Assembly: GCA_963693365.1 (NCBI GenBank)
Contig: CAVNZM010000007.1
Location: 3,438,159-3,502,158 of the forward strand
Origin: Amoebidium appalachense
Taxonomy: Eukaryota; Protista; Ichthyosporea
Direction of reading: 5' to 3'
Length of the DNA stretch: 64,000 nt
Part shown: piece by piece, positions 23,400-35,086 of the stretch
Layout: every line of letters begins with the position of its first letter
Position numbering within the stretch: position 1 is the stretch's first letter
Made by a program: the position numbers and the translations under genes
Notes under the pieces: generated by a model
What the model saw: only the letters and a program-made list of their open reading frames with translations
Told to the model about the DNA's origin: nothing
Databases searched by the model: none

Positions 23400-26270
23400 A
23401 ACTTTCGTGGTACTCCTAACCCCATACATTGGATGTACACTGGATGTCGTGCACTCCTCCGGATTACGACATCATAAGATGGTCTTGCTGCACCCCCTCG
23501 GAAGACTGTCTTACGACGTCGGAAATAACTGTCGAATGGATGGGTTTACAATATCCATACGAATGTCCTCGACAACCATTAGTTGTCGTAAACCCCACCT
23601 GTGTACGACATCGTAACATGCTCTTACGACACCCCACGTGAGACTGTCGCTAGACGTCTGAAACCCCGCCGTATGGATTGGTTTACAGTATCCATTTGAA
23701 GGTCCACGATACACTGTGTATGTCGTAAACACCTGCACATTACGACATCGTAAGATGATATTATGGTGGTACTCCTAACCCCATACATTGAATGTACAAT
23801 GGATGTCGTGCACACCTCCGGATTACGACATCATAAGATGGTCTTGCTGCACCCCTCGGAAGACAGTCCTACGACGTCGGAAATAACTGTCGTATGGATG
23901 GGTTTAAAATATCCATATGAATGTCCTCGACAACCATTAGTTGTCGTAAACCCCACCTGAGTCAGACATCAGTCGTAACATGCTCTTACGACACCCCACG
24001 TGAGACTGTCACTAGACGTCTGAAACCCCGCCGGATGGATTGGTTTACAGTATCCATTTGAAGGTCCACGATACACTGTGTATGTCGTAAACACCTGCAC
24101 ATTACGACATCGTAAGATGATATTATGGTGGTAATCCTAACCCCATACATTGGATGTACACTGGATGTCGTGCACACCTCCGGATTACGACATCATAAGA
24201 TGGTCTTGCTGCACCCCCTCGGACGACTGTCTTACGACGTCGGAAATAACTGTCGAATGGATGGGTTTACAATATCCATATGAATGTCCTCGACAACCAT
24301 TAGTTGTCGTAAACCCCACCTGAGTACGACATCGTAACGTGCTCTTACGACACCCCACGTGAGACTGTCGCTAGACGTCTGAAACCCTGCCGGATGGATT
24401 GGTTTACAGTATCCATATGAAGGTCCACGATACACTGTGTATGTCGTAAAGACCTGCACATTACGACATCGTAAGATGATATTATGGTGGTACTCCTAAC
24501 CCCATACATTGGATGTACACTGTATGTCGTGCACACCTCCGGATTACGACATCATAAGATGGTCTTGCTGCACCCCCTCGGAACACTGTCTTAAGACATC
24601 GGAATCAACTGTCGAATGGATGGGTTTACAATATCCATATGAGTGTCCTCGACAACCATTAGTTGTCGTAAACCCCCCCTCTATGAAAACTACTACGGGA
24701 CGTGTGGCAGGTTGGGACACTCGATCGGAGCCCGACCCTGCTGGTGGGCAACGGTGCGGGCGTATACGTCATAGTTGTGGATCTGGGCCCACGGGTATCG
24801 GGTGCTGAGGCGAGTGATGTGTTGAGTCCAAAGTACGTCTTTGTCCGTGGGGAGGCCGAGGTGGTGCTTGGCGGCCATGTAATGGGTCCAAGCTTGGATC
24901 CAAATGACGAGTGAACGCAGGGGAACGGGTTTGTCTTGGCGAAAAGTCTCGATGCTGCCGTCGTCGGCCATGCGCAGATGCTGACCTTTCTTGGATGGGG
25001 CCAGGAGGGCGGCGGGGGTGAACTTATACAGGTCGACGAAACGATTGGCGCGCAAATCTGCCAGCACATCCGCGGGGGGAAGCGGGAGTGTGCCCGGCTG
25101 AATGTCGCCAGTGTTCTCACCTGTGATGGGGGGCGCGGGCAGGGCAGGTAGGTCTAGGTCAGGGCCGAGATGCAGCCCCGGGGAAACCTCCCCGGGTGTG
25201 GAGGGCGCGGCGGGGGGCGCGGGAGGGTCGCGGTTGGTGAGAGCAGCCAGGACGCCAGCCATCTGGGTGCTGATGGCGGTGAGGGCGGCCAGGACGGCGT
25301 CTTGAGAAGTCATCTGCGGGGACGGCGGGGCCTGAGGGGGGACTTCAGGAGGGGGAGGGGAGAGTAGCCGGCGGGTCCGGGTCCGTGGTGGTATGGGCCG
25401 CTGGAGGCGCGTCAGTGTCCGCGGGAGCGTTGGTCAGCCTGTGGCGGAGGTCGCTGCGGGTCAGGCGCTTAGGTGCCGCGGCAGGGGCGGCGGCTGAGGC
25501 CTGGCGCTTTTTCGGCGGCATGCTGACCGGCGTAGGGAAAGATAGGGAGAATGAAAAGGAATATACAGCTGTAAGGCTGTGGATGCTAAACACAGAAGAT
25601 GTGTTTGTAGCTTGCTGATCTGCTAAAAACTGTCGTGCTTATATACCTAAGCCTACCGATCTGAGCCAATCAAAAAATCGATCTAGTGATATGTGAAATC
25701 TGATCCGAGCCAATCATAACTCGGTCTAGTGATCTGTGGTATCTGATGTTTTGACTGGCTAATAGGTGCCCGTGTGCGGGCAGCCAACCGCTAACTGCTA
25801 AAACACGAAATGAAGCCTACATGGTTATGTTGGTATCGAACACCCATCCTACGTGTTTACCCAGAAAAATATTTATGTCAATAATTTCCACAAATAAAGC
25901 CAGTATACGACATTGTAACATGCTCTTGCAACACCCAATGTGAGACTGTCAATAGACGTCTGAAACCCCCCGGATGGATTGGTTTACAGTATCCATATGA
26001 AGGTCCACGATACACTGTGTATGTCGTAAACACCTGCACATTACGACATCGTAAGATGATATTATGGTGGTACTCCTAACCCCATACATTGGATGTACAC
26101 TGGATGTCGTGCACACCTCCGGATTACGACATCATAAGATGCATATGGTCTTGCTGCACCCCCTCGGAAGACTGTCTTAAGACATCGGAAACAACTGTCG
26201 AATGGATGGGTTTACAATATCCATATGAGTGTCCTCAACAACCATTAGTTGTCGTAAAGACGTCTGAAAA
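23400..26270. repeat. ~360-bp subterminal tandem repeat (~4.5 units), interrupted by a Ngaro fragment
   Basis: GTACTCCTAACCCCATACATT (or a near copy) recurs at ~23410, 23769, 24131, 24490 and 26070. Confidence 0.9.
24681..25899 (-). mobile_element. Internally deleted Ngaro-type element (A repeat + gag 5' part fused to the tip of B)
   Basis: Near-identical to 30603-31510 plus a full A repeat; host 360-bp repeat resumes on both sides. Confidence 0.88.
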
Positions 26271-27030
26271 CCCCGCCTGATGGATGGGTTTACCGTATCG
26301 ATAGGAATGTCATGGCAGGCCATGTTGAAATCATATAAATTCGTCTATGAAAAACTACTCCGGGACGTGTGTTGCCTCTAGGGGGACATCCCCTTGGACG
26401 AAAGTGAACCTGCAATGGTTGTAAACCACGGCAAGCCCCCAGTCATCAATTTATTGATCCGTGAGGTCCATGTGCCCAAAAAACGGGGGAAGGCTTCGCC
26501 CCGTGAAAAAACAGCACGTATGTGTGGATCAATGGGGGTTGTGTGTGGGTGTAGGTGGGTGGGTGAAAAGGAATATATAGCTGTAAGGCTGTGGATGCTA
26601 AACACAGAAGATGTGTTTGTAGCTTGCTGATCTGCTAAAAACTGTCGTGCTTATATACCTAAGCCTACCGATCTGAACCAATCAAAAATCGATCTAGTGA
26701 TATGTGAAATCTGATCCGAGCCAATCATAACTCGGTCTAGTGATCTGTGGTATCTGATGTTTTGACTGGCTAATAGGTGCCCGTGTGCGGGCAGCCAACC
26801 GCTAACTGCTAAAACACGAAATGAAGCCTACATGGTTATGTTGGTATCGAACACCCATCCTACGTGTTTACCCAGAAAAATATTTATGTCAATAATTTCC
26901 ACAAATAAAACCTCTATGAAAAACTACTCCGGGACGTGTGTTGCCTCTAGGGGGACATCCCCTTGGACGAAAGTGAACCTGCAATGGTTGTAAACCACGG
27001 CACGAGAGCAGTATGCTTGCTCCAAAGGTT

Positions 27031-28062
27031 TCACTTAAGAATAGAGGCGAATACACGTGTGGTGGTGGCAGCAATGGAGGCCGGACGAAGTCGGGTATAG
27101 ATCAGGAAGCAGTCGGAGGACCACCGGCCGAGTTGTTTGATCCGGGAGTCGTCGACCCCGGCCTCAGCCAGTGCTGTGGCCCCCCCGATGCGGAGGCTGT
27201 GTCCGGCAAACCGGGAGGGTGAGAGGCCTGCCCGGGAGAGGAGGGCACGGAAATCGGCAGAGAAAGCACTCTTGGTGTAGGGGATGCCACCGAGACTGAA
27301 GAGGGGGTCGTCGGGTTGACCGGACGTTGTATCCAGGAACTGCCGGAGGAGATGGGCTGGGGAGAAGTGGGTGAGGGGCAGGGCAGCTAGGGTGACGTTG
27401 ACACCTCGGGCCTGTACATCCGTCTTAGAGGTTGGCAGGTGGAGGGTGGCATGGGACAAAGTACCGGTGGGGGTGTAGCTGAAGGTCACGTCCTTCCGTT
27501 TAACGTGACGGGACGGGTCGAAAGAAGTCAGGGTCTTGGAGGTAAATTCCCCTGAACGGAGGAGACCACAGAAACCGACGATGAGGGCCGTCCATAGCCG
27601 GAGATTGGCCGAGGAGGCCTTGGTGGGGCACTGGCCGTGGAGTAGGTGGAGGTGGGAGGGGAGGAGGGGTTCCCTGGTGGATGAGCGGGGTCGGATGTTG
27701 TGAGAAAGCTGCCATCGGCCTACCCCCCGTAGGAACCAGGCCAGAGACTTGTCGTGGGGGTAGGGAGCAGGGAGGCCCATGTCGAGGTGGAGCCTGGTGA
27801 TGGCCGAATTGTAGCCGGTTAAGGAAGAGGCCTGTACCCCTCGTTGGGCACACCAGGCGAGAAAAAGTTGCACGGTGTGTGGGGAGGCCGGGAGGGAGGA
27901 CCCGGAGGAGGATTGCAGCCGAGATGCCACACAGAAATCGATGAACACTTTTTGCACCCGGGAGTAAAAGGCCCGAGAGTCGAGGTTGAGACTCAGGGCC
28001 TGGCATTCCTGCAGGGTAGTGGTGGCTCGAAGCAGCTCGGCCGGAGCAAAGTGGGGGGCCAA
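27031..28062 (-). CDS. Tyrosine recombinase
   Basis: GLLRSGE (R), SKTD (K), GHSLRIGGAT (HxxR), LGRWSSDCFLIY (W, Y). Start codon uncertain. Confidence 0.92.
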   Translation of the reverse strand: MAPHFAPAELLRATTTLQECQALSLNLDSRAFYSRVQKVFIDFCVASRLQSSSGSSLPASPHTVQLFLAWCAQRGVQASSLTGYNSAITRLHLDMGLPAPYPHDKSLAWFLRGVGRWQLSHNIRPRSSTREPLLPSHLHLLHGQCPTKASSANLRLWTALIVGFCGLLRSGEFTSKTLTSFDPSRHVKRKDVTFSYTPTGTLSHATLHLPTSKTDVQARGVNVTLAALPLTHFSPAHLLRQFLDTTSGQPDDPLFSLGGIPYTKSAFSADFRALLSRAGLSPSRFAGHSLRIGGATALAEAGVDDSRIKQLGRWSSDCFLIYTRLRPASIAATTTRVFASILK

Positions 28063-28119
28063 TCTGCCAGTGTTGCTCCGGAACGGGAGATCTGGGGGGG
28101 GGGGGGGGGGGGGGGGGGG

Positions 28120-29967
28120 TTAGCCCAAGGGAAGGGATAGGAACTCGTGGACCCAGGAGGGGAAGGGGCAGGGCTCCGGTTGCAGGGAAGGTCGGAGTCG
28201 TCGGGCCCGGGGAAGTTGGTTACGAGAAATGGCATCGGCCAGATGGTTGAGGGGTCCTGGTAGGTAGGATGCCTGTAACGTAAATTGGTATTGCATTTCC
28301 ATGCGGGTGATGAACCGAATAAGTTTGGCCATCACGGGGTGGGGGGAAGACCGGGAGTGCAGGTCAGACACAGCACCCGTGTTGTCGCATAAAATACGGA
28401 CATGGTGGGTGGACCAGGAGGGGGCCCAGAGGGCCACGGCGGCTGCGATGGCCAGGAGTTCGATGACGGAAGAACCGAGTTTACCCTCATGAGCATAGAG
28501 GGCTTGGGTGGAGGGGGACCAGGGCATGAAGAACCATTGGTCGAGCCAGTGGCCACCTAGACCCACCGATCCGGCAGCATCAGTGGCCAGGGTGGTGTAT
28601 GTGGGGGGTGTGATGAGGTGCACCCCATTCCATGATGTGAGGAACTGGTGCCATTCGGCTATGTCGGCCCGGGCGGCAGCAGTCAGTCGTATGTGGTGGT
28701 GGCCGGCAAGGTGTGGGTGGGTCCGGAGAAGGGCCCATAGGCGCTGGGAGAAGGCCCTCCCGGGGGGAACCAGCTGGGCACACCAGGTGAGTTTGCCGAG
28801 GAGGGACTGGAGGTCCCGAATGGTGATGGTGGGCTTTGGGTGGGAAGTGAGGTCGAGTAGGTCCGAGAGCTTGGAAGCCGGGATTCGTGCCTCCATGGCG
28901 ATGGAGTCGAATTCGATACCGATGAAGACGACACGGGTAGCCGGGCCCTGCATCTTGTCTTCGGAGATGGCAATGTGCAGCTCTCGGCAGAGTTGCAGAA
29001 AGGTGGATAGGTGACGTTGGCACTGCTGTTGTGTGGGGGCGACTATAATCCAGTCGTCTACGTAGTGGCGGATGAGGGTAATACCGTGCTGGTGTGCCAG
29101 CCACTGTAGGGTGGCCGCGATCCGTTCCCAGATGGCTGGGCTAGATTTCAGGCCGAAGGGCAGTCTGGTTTCAACGTAAAAATGCCCTTGCCATTTGAAT
29201 GCCATTAAGTGGTGGTCTTCCGGTCGGATGGGCATGTGCCGGAAGGCAGCCTGCACATCTGCCACGGCCATGTAGCAGCCGGGGCCTGCGTCGAGAATGA
29301 GTTGGGTGACATCCCGGGCGCGAATGTACTGAAGTTCGTCGGGGTAGGTGATGCTGTCATTGACACTGCTACCCCGGGGCCAGGAGAGGTGGTGGATTCG
29401 ACGGTACTTGGGGGGGTTCCCTTTCTTGGTAACGGCGCCGATGGGGGAGGAACGGTGGACGGGAAATTCGTCAAAGAATTGGGCCGGGGAGAGGGGGCCG
29501 CGCAGGTGGCCGAGGGCGACTTCTTTGGCAATATCCACCGTGATAGCGGCAGCTGCCTCCGGGGTGGTGGGTAGGTTGGGGCCCACCCGAGAGGTGGAGG
29601 GGCCGCGATAGCCGATGTCGACGCCGAATTCGACATCGTGGAGGAGTTGTGCGGCGAATGGTTGGTCCGGGTAGGAGGCCAGCAGTTCCCGGAGGCGGGA
29701 GGTGTCAATGTGGTGCTGGGGCAGCGGGCGGGCCTCCGGGTCTGAGCCTCGGGGGAAGGGGTGGTTAGCAAGGGTGGTGTACCCTTGGGGAGATCCCGGC
29801 AGCGGGGGGGGGGGGGGGGGGGGGGGGGTTTGGGGGGGGGGGGGGGGGCAGCAGGGCCCCGGGGGGGTTAGAGTAGGGCAGCTTGGCCCAAGTGAGGGTT
29901 GGCAGGGAGGGCAGCGGGGCCCTGTGCAGGGGAATGTGCCCGAGCACGCGGGGGTGTGGGCGGACAC
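28120..29967 (-). CDS. DIRS-type reverse transcriptase / RNase H
   Basis: KYRRIHHLSWP, ADVQAAFRH, LPFGLKSSP, YVDD, TDAAG, IELLAI, CDN, NHLADAISR. ORF begins at a non-ATG codon. Confidence 0.93.
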   Translation of the reverse strand: MSAHTPACSGTFPCTGPRCPPCQPSLGPSCPTLTPPGPCCPPPPPQTPPPPPPPPLPGSPQGYTTLANHPFPRGSDPEARPLPQHHIDTSRLRELLASYPDQPFAAQLLHDVEFGVDIGYRGPSTSRVGPNLPTTPEAAAAITVDIAKEVALGHLRGPLSPAQFFDEFPVHRSSPIGAVTKKGNPPKYRRIHHLSWPRGSSVNDSITYPDELQYIRARDVTQLILDAGPGCYMAVADVQAAFRHMPIRPEDHHLMAFKWQGHFYVETRLPFGLKSSPAIWERIAATLQWLAHQHGITLIRHYVDDWIIVAPTQQQCQRHLSTFLQLCRELHIAISEDKMQGPATRVVFIGIEFDSIAMEARIPASKLSDLLDLTSHPKPTITIRDLQSLLGKLTWCAQLVPPGRAFSQRLWALLRTHPHLAGHHHIRLTAAARADIAEWHQFLTSWNGVHLITPPTYTTLATDAAGSVGLGGHWLDQWFFMPWSPSTQALYAHEGKLGSSVIELLAIAAAVALWAPSWSTHHVRILCDNTGAVSDLHSRSSPHPVMAKLIRFITRMEMQYQFTLQASYLPGPLNHLADAISRNQLPRARRLRPSLQPEPCPFPSWVHEFLSLPLG

Positions 29968-30246
29968 AGCGGTAGAAGAAGGGGGGGGGGAGGGAGTGCT
30001 AGGTGAGTGTAAGGGGGGGGAGGCTCGTGGGATGGGGGGGGGGGGGAGTAAAATTATGTGCAGTGGCCAGAATAAACGTCTTTGTATAGGGACATTTATT
30101 CTTGACGCGCGCGGGCGCCGTAGTTGGCCTGCGAAATTTTGTACTCAGCCCTATTGGCCCGTTCTCCCGAGCTCCGTTTCCCTGTACTCGTGTGTCCTAG
30201 CTCCGAACCCCTATGTTCTAGCTGTGTGTGTGGGTGTGCGCGTAGA

Positions 30247-31418
30247 CTAGGCATTGTGCTTGCAGTCTTTGCGGGGGTGTGTGCCAGAGCAGAGCGGGCA
30301 CACGTGGGAGAAGGGGCAGGGCTGCTTAGCGCAGGACCGACCGTTAATGTGGAAATTCCTGCAGTGCGTCGCGGGTAGATCCACGGGTCGGGCCGGTTTG
30401 GCCGGGCCGGGTTGCGGGCCAGGGCGGTTAGGGGTGTGACCCCCGCCGGGCTTGTGGGGCGGCTTAAAGCCGTCAAGACCACAGCCGGGCTTGGGGTACA
30501 TGGGGCAGGCCGCGCTGGGGTGGTCGGGGAAGCCACAGCGCTGACATGCGTCCTGGATGAGCAGGGTGGGTGGCAGGAGGAGATCCTGGTGGAGTTGGGC
30601 GAGCAGGTTGGGGCACTCGATCGGAGCCCGACCCTGCTGGTGGGCCACGGTGCGGGCGTATACGTCATAGTTGTGGATCTGGGCCCACGGGTATCGGGTG
30701 CTGAGGCGAGTGATGTGCTGAGTCCAAAGTACGTCTTTGTCCGTGGGAAGGCCGAGGTGGTGCTTGGCGGCCATGTAATGGGTCCAAGCTTGGATCCAAA
30801 TGACGAGTGAACGCAGGGGAACGGGTTTGTCTTGGCGAAAAGTCTCGATGCTGCCGTCGTCGGCCATGCGCAGATGCTGACCTTTCTTGGATGGGGCCAG
30901 GAGGGCGGCGGGGGTGAACTTATACAGGTCGACGAAACGATTGGCGCGCAAATCTGCCAGCACATCCGCGGGGGGAAGCGGGAGTGTGCCCGGCTGAATG
31001 TCGCCAGTGTTCTCACCTGTGATGGGGGGCGCGGGCAGGGCAGGCAGGTCAAGGTCAGGGCCGAGATGCAGCCCCGGGGAAACCTCCCCGGGTGTGGAGG
31101 GCGCGGCGGGGGGGCGCGGGAGGGTCGCGGTTGGTGAGAGCAGCCAGGACGCCAGCCATCTGGGTGCTGATGGCGGTGAGGGCGGCCAGGACGGCGTCTT
31201 GAGAAGTCATCTGCGGGGACGGCGGGGCCTGAGGGGGGACTTCAGGGGTGGAGGGGGAGAGTAGCCGGCGGGTCCGGGTCCGTGGTGGTATGGGCCGCTG
31301 GAGGCGCGTCAGTGTCCGCGGGAGCGTTGGTCAGCCTGTGGCGGAGGTCGCTGCGGGTCAGGCGCTTAGGTGCCGCGGCAGGGGCGGCGGCTGAGGCCTG
31401 GCGCTTTTTCGGCGGCAT
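30247..31418 (-). CDS. Ngaro ORF1 gag-like protein with Cys/His fingers (frameshifts at homopolymers in this copy)
   Basis: MPPKKRQ start; CQRCGFPDHPSAAC knuckle; CRNFH...CAKQPCPFSHVCPLCSGTHPRKDC. Confidence 0.8.
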
Positions 31419-31588
31419 GCTGACCGGCGTAGGGAAAGATAGGGAGAATGAAAAGGAATATATAGCTGTAAGGCTGTGGATGCTAAACACAGAAGATGTG
31501 TTTGTAGCTTGTTATGTTGGTATCGAACACCCATCCTACGTGTTTACCCAGAAAAATATTTATGGCAATAATTTCCACAAATAAAACC

Positions 31589-33402
31589 TAGACATTATTG
31601 GTTTTTCAATAACTACCCACAGAATAGCCTCTAGCACGAGAAATTTACCACAACGTTTGTGGGGGGGATGGTGAATGTGCCCCTGGAGTACGAGGGTCAC
31701 ACGAAAAAAACACAAAGTTGTAGCTCGTATAGAACCCCCCTTGTAGCATAGTATATGTCCATGTGTTACCTAGACATTATTGGTTTTTCAATAACTACCC
31801 ACAGAATAGCCTCTAGCACGAGAAATTTACCACAACGTTTGTGGGGGGGATGGTGAATGTGCCCCTGGAGTACGAGGGTCACACGAAAAAAACACAAAGT
31901 TGTAGCTCGTATAGAACCCCCCTTGTAGCATAGTATATGTCCATGTGTTACCTAGACATTTTTGGTTTTTTCAAAAACTACCCACAGAACAGCCTCTAGC
32001 ACGAGACATTTACCACACAGTTTATGGGGGGGATGGGGAATGTGCCCCCCTGGAGTACGAGGGTCACACGAAAAAAACACAACGTTGTAGCTCGAATAGA
32101 ACCCCCCTTGTAGCATAGTATATGTACATGTGTTGCTTACACATTATTGGTTTTTTCAATAACTACCCACAGAACAGCTTCTAGCACGAGAAATTTACCA
32201 CACAGTTTATGGGGGGGATGGGGAATGTGCCCCTGGAGTACGAGGGTCACACGAAAAAAAACACAACGTTGTAGCTCGAATAGAACCCCCCTTGTAGCAT
32301 AGTATATGTACATGCGTTGCTTACACATTATTGGTTTTTTCAATAACTACCCACAGAACAGCTTCTAGCACGAGAACGTTACCACACAGTTTATGGGGGG
32401 GATGGGGAATGTGCCCCTGGAGTACGAGGGTCACACGAAAAAAACACAACGTTGTAGCTCGTATAGAACCCCCCTTGTAGCATAGTATATGTACATGTGT
32501 TACCTAGACATTATTGGTTTTTCAATAACTACCCACAGAATAGCCTCTAGCACGAGACATTTACCACAACGTTTGTGGGGGGGATGGTGAATGTGCCCCC
32601 CTGGAGTACGAGGGTCACACGAAAAAAACACAACGTTGTAGCTCGAATAGAACCCCCCTTGTAGCATAGTATATGTACATGTGTTGCTTACACATTATTG
32701 GTTTTTTCAATAACTACCCACAGAACAGCTTCTAGCACGAGACATTTACCACACAGTTTATGGGGGGGATGGGGAATGTGCCCCTGGAGTACGAGGGTCA
32801 CACGAAAAAAACACAACGTTGTAGCTCGAATAGAACCCCCCCTTGTAGCATAGTATATGTACATGCGTTGCTTACACATTATTGGTTTTTTCAATAACTA
32901 CCCACAGAACAGCTTCTAGCACGAGAAAGTTACCACACAGTTTATGGGGGGGATGGGGAATGTGCCCCTGGAGTACGAGGGTCACACGAAAAAAACACAA
33001 CGTTGTAGCTCGAATAGAACCCCCCTTGTAGCATAGTATATGTACATGCGTTGCTTACACATTATTGGTTTTTTCAATAACTACCCACAGAACAGCTTCT
33101 AGCACGAGAAAGTTACCACACAGTTTATGGGGAGGATGGGGAATGTGCCCCTGGAGTGCGAGGGTCACACGAAAAAAACACAACGTTGTAGCTCGTATAG
33201 AACCCCCCTTGTAGCATAGTATATGTACATATGTTACTTGCACATTATTGGTTTTTTCAATAACTACCCACAGAACAGCTTCTGGCACGAGAAATTTACC
33301 ACAAAGTTTATGGGGGGGATGGTGAGTGGGCCTCTGGAGTACGAGGGTCACCCGAAAAAAACACAACATTGTAGCTCGGATTGAAACCCCCTTTGTACCA
33401 TA
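31589..33402. repeat. ~183-bp tandem array, 10 units; a degenerate unit resumes at 41251
   Basis: Unit ACATTATTGGTTTTTCAATAACTACCCACAGAA...GTAGCATAGTATATGTACATG repeated with few substitutions. Confidence 0.95.
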
Positions 33403-33901
33403 TACATAGATGTCGGGTGGTGACTATATATCAGGGTTTACTTTCTCTACGAGACACCATAAAGACTACAAGGAGAAATCAATTAGTTGGGGTCCCTCAT
33501 AGACTCTGATAAGTATTTCTCGGAACTGTTTAAAGATAGGACCCCCGCTCAGAAACCTATTGTGTGGCCTGTAGACCCATCTATCCCCATAGAATCGATC
33601 CTCCCCTTTTTCAGTCCCGATGCCATATGGTCTGTGATATCTAGTTATAGCTCTAGTAAGTCTTGTGGACCTGATGGACTCCCTGCTGGGTTTCCACATC
33701 GATTCAGTCGCACACATCGATTCAGTCGCACACATCGATTCAGTCGCACACATCGATTCAGTCGCACACATCGATTCAGTCGCACACATCGATTCAAATG
33801 TCGCTCTTTATTATCTGCTAATAAATAGTATCCTTCGCGCATCCACCCCTAAACCAGGCCATCCGTGGCCCTAAGGGCCGGGGAACACCCCCATCCATGT
33901 C

Positions 33902-35086
33902 ATGGCACATGCCTATAATCGTTTCAGAACCTCTTTCAAAGTTCCATCTACACCCATCACACATGTGCGACCATTAAAACGTCCAGCAGATACACCTACC
34001 ACAGATGCACAACCAGAAAAACATCGCCTTAGACTAAGCGCAACACCTATTTACAATACACTACCCATTCAGAATAACACCACACCACTCCGTAGAAACA
34101 CAATAACAACCATGCCGAAACTTTCGGTTGATACAGTACTGGCAGAACTTGCCCTCGTTAAGAAACAGCTAAATGAGCTGTTACCACTCAAGAACATGAT
34201 AGAAAAACTCCAAACAGAAAATACCCAACTCAAGCTCACCATTGATTCACTCACAGCCCAGCTAAACATTAGTGGATCGCAAAACCCCAAAACTCATGAG
34301 CAAACATCTCGCGACGGAGACATTTCCACCCCAACACAAAACAACACAGGACCGGAAGCACAGCTCCCGGCAGAGTTCCTAGAATATGCGAACTCTCGTA
34401 AAACACCCGAGCTCCGCCAAATTGCCAAGGAAACATATGCCAGCATTCTTGCAGGCAACGAGTACCGCCGCAACTCCCCTTCCAAACCGCCGGCTAAGGG
34501 GAACACCCAAGCAAACGGTAACATCAACATCCCACCCAAATACGAGAGGGTGTATTTCAAAGTCAAGCACGGCAGACGCCCACACAGGGCCATGTGGTCC
34601 ATCTTCAAGGCTCTCGGCTTCCGGTGCTCTCGCATCCTTTGTCTGTCCTTCATTGGATACGATGTGCTGGAAGTAGCAGTACGGGGCGACTATAACCGTG
34701 CGTTCATCCGTGACGCGACAAAGGGGTGTGGAAGCTTCTTCACCCACCTCCCAAGCTACGACCCATGCGCGCCGGAAAACATTCAGAAAGCAGACAAAGA
34801 ACGTAAAGTGTCTGCTAAGAATGCGTGCGCCACACGTTGTCGTGTACGCATCAGCAAGGCAAAAGAGTTCCTCGCAAAGTTGGAAAACGATGCTACGAGC
34901 GTGATAGACACGGACACGAAGGAACCAATGTTTTCTGGTGAGAAACTGCTCGAGCGCAAACGCCGATGCGAGATGGAAATCGAGCTCTTCTGCGAACTGT
35001 TCGCGCTGGCGGAAGGTCGTGCATACGACCCCGTAAGCGACAAGTGGGAACCAACCCCACAGGTGTCGGACCAAACCGATGCCTAA
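33902..35086 (+). CDS. LINE ORF1 protein (copy 1), with a predicted coiled-coil segment
   Basis: 394-aa ORF, heptad-like LAELALVKKQLNELL...LTAQL; overlaps the ORF2 start by 8 nt; differs from copy 2 by one residue. Confidence 0.85.
   Translation: MAHAYNRFRTSFKVPSTPITHVRPLKRPADTPTTDAQPEKHRLRLSATPIYNTLPIQNNTTPLRRNTITTMPKLSVDTVLAELALVKKQLNELLPLKNMIEKLQTENTQLKLTIDSLTAQLNISGSQNPKTHEQTSRDGDISTPTQNNTGPEAQLPAEFLEYANSRKTPELRQIAKETYASILAGNEYRRNSPSKPPAKGNTQANGNINIPPKYERVYFKVKHGRRPHRAMWSIFKALGFRCSRILCLSFIGYDVLEVAVRGDYNRAFIRDATKGCGSFFTHLPSYDPCAPENIQKADKERKVSAKNACATRCRVRISKAKEFLAKLENDATSVIDTDTKEPMFSGEKLLERKRRCEMEIELFCELFALAEGRAYDPVSDKWEPTPQVSDQTDA

Larger units (their letters stand above)
26345..31588 (-). 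mobile_element. Full-length Ngaro-type (DIRS order) tyrosine-recombinase retrotransposon with split direct repeats A1-ORFs-B1-A2-spacer-B2
   Basis: A1 31449-31588 (internally deleted), B1 26914-27002, A2 26564-26912, B2 26345-26433; gag, RT/RH and YR ORFs; no methyltransferase domain seen. Confidence 0.92.

Noticed and set aside
27031-28062. Phage integrase / prophage or Crypton
   Set aside because: The recombinase sits with gag and RT/RH inside split direct repeats, i.e. a Ngaro-type retrotransposon.
33695-33797. (MCATES)n / (HRFSRT)n peptide repeats
   Set aside because: Incidental translations of the 18-bp LINE 5'UTR monomers.
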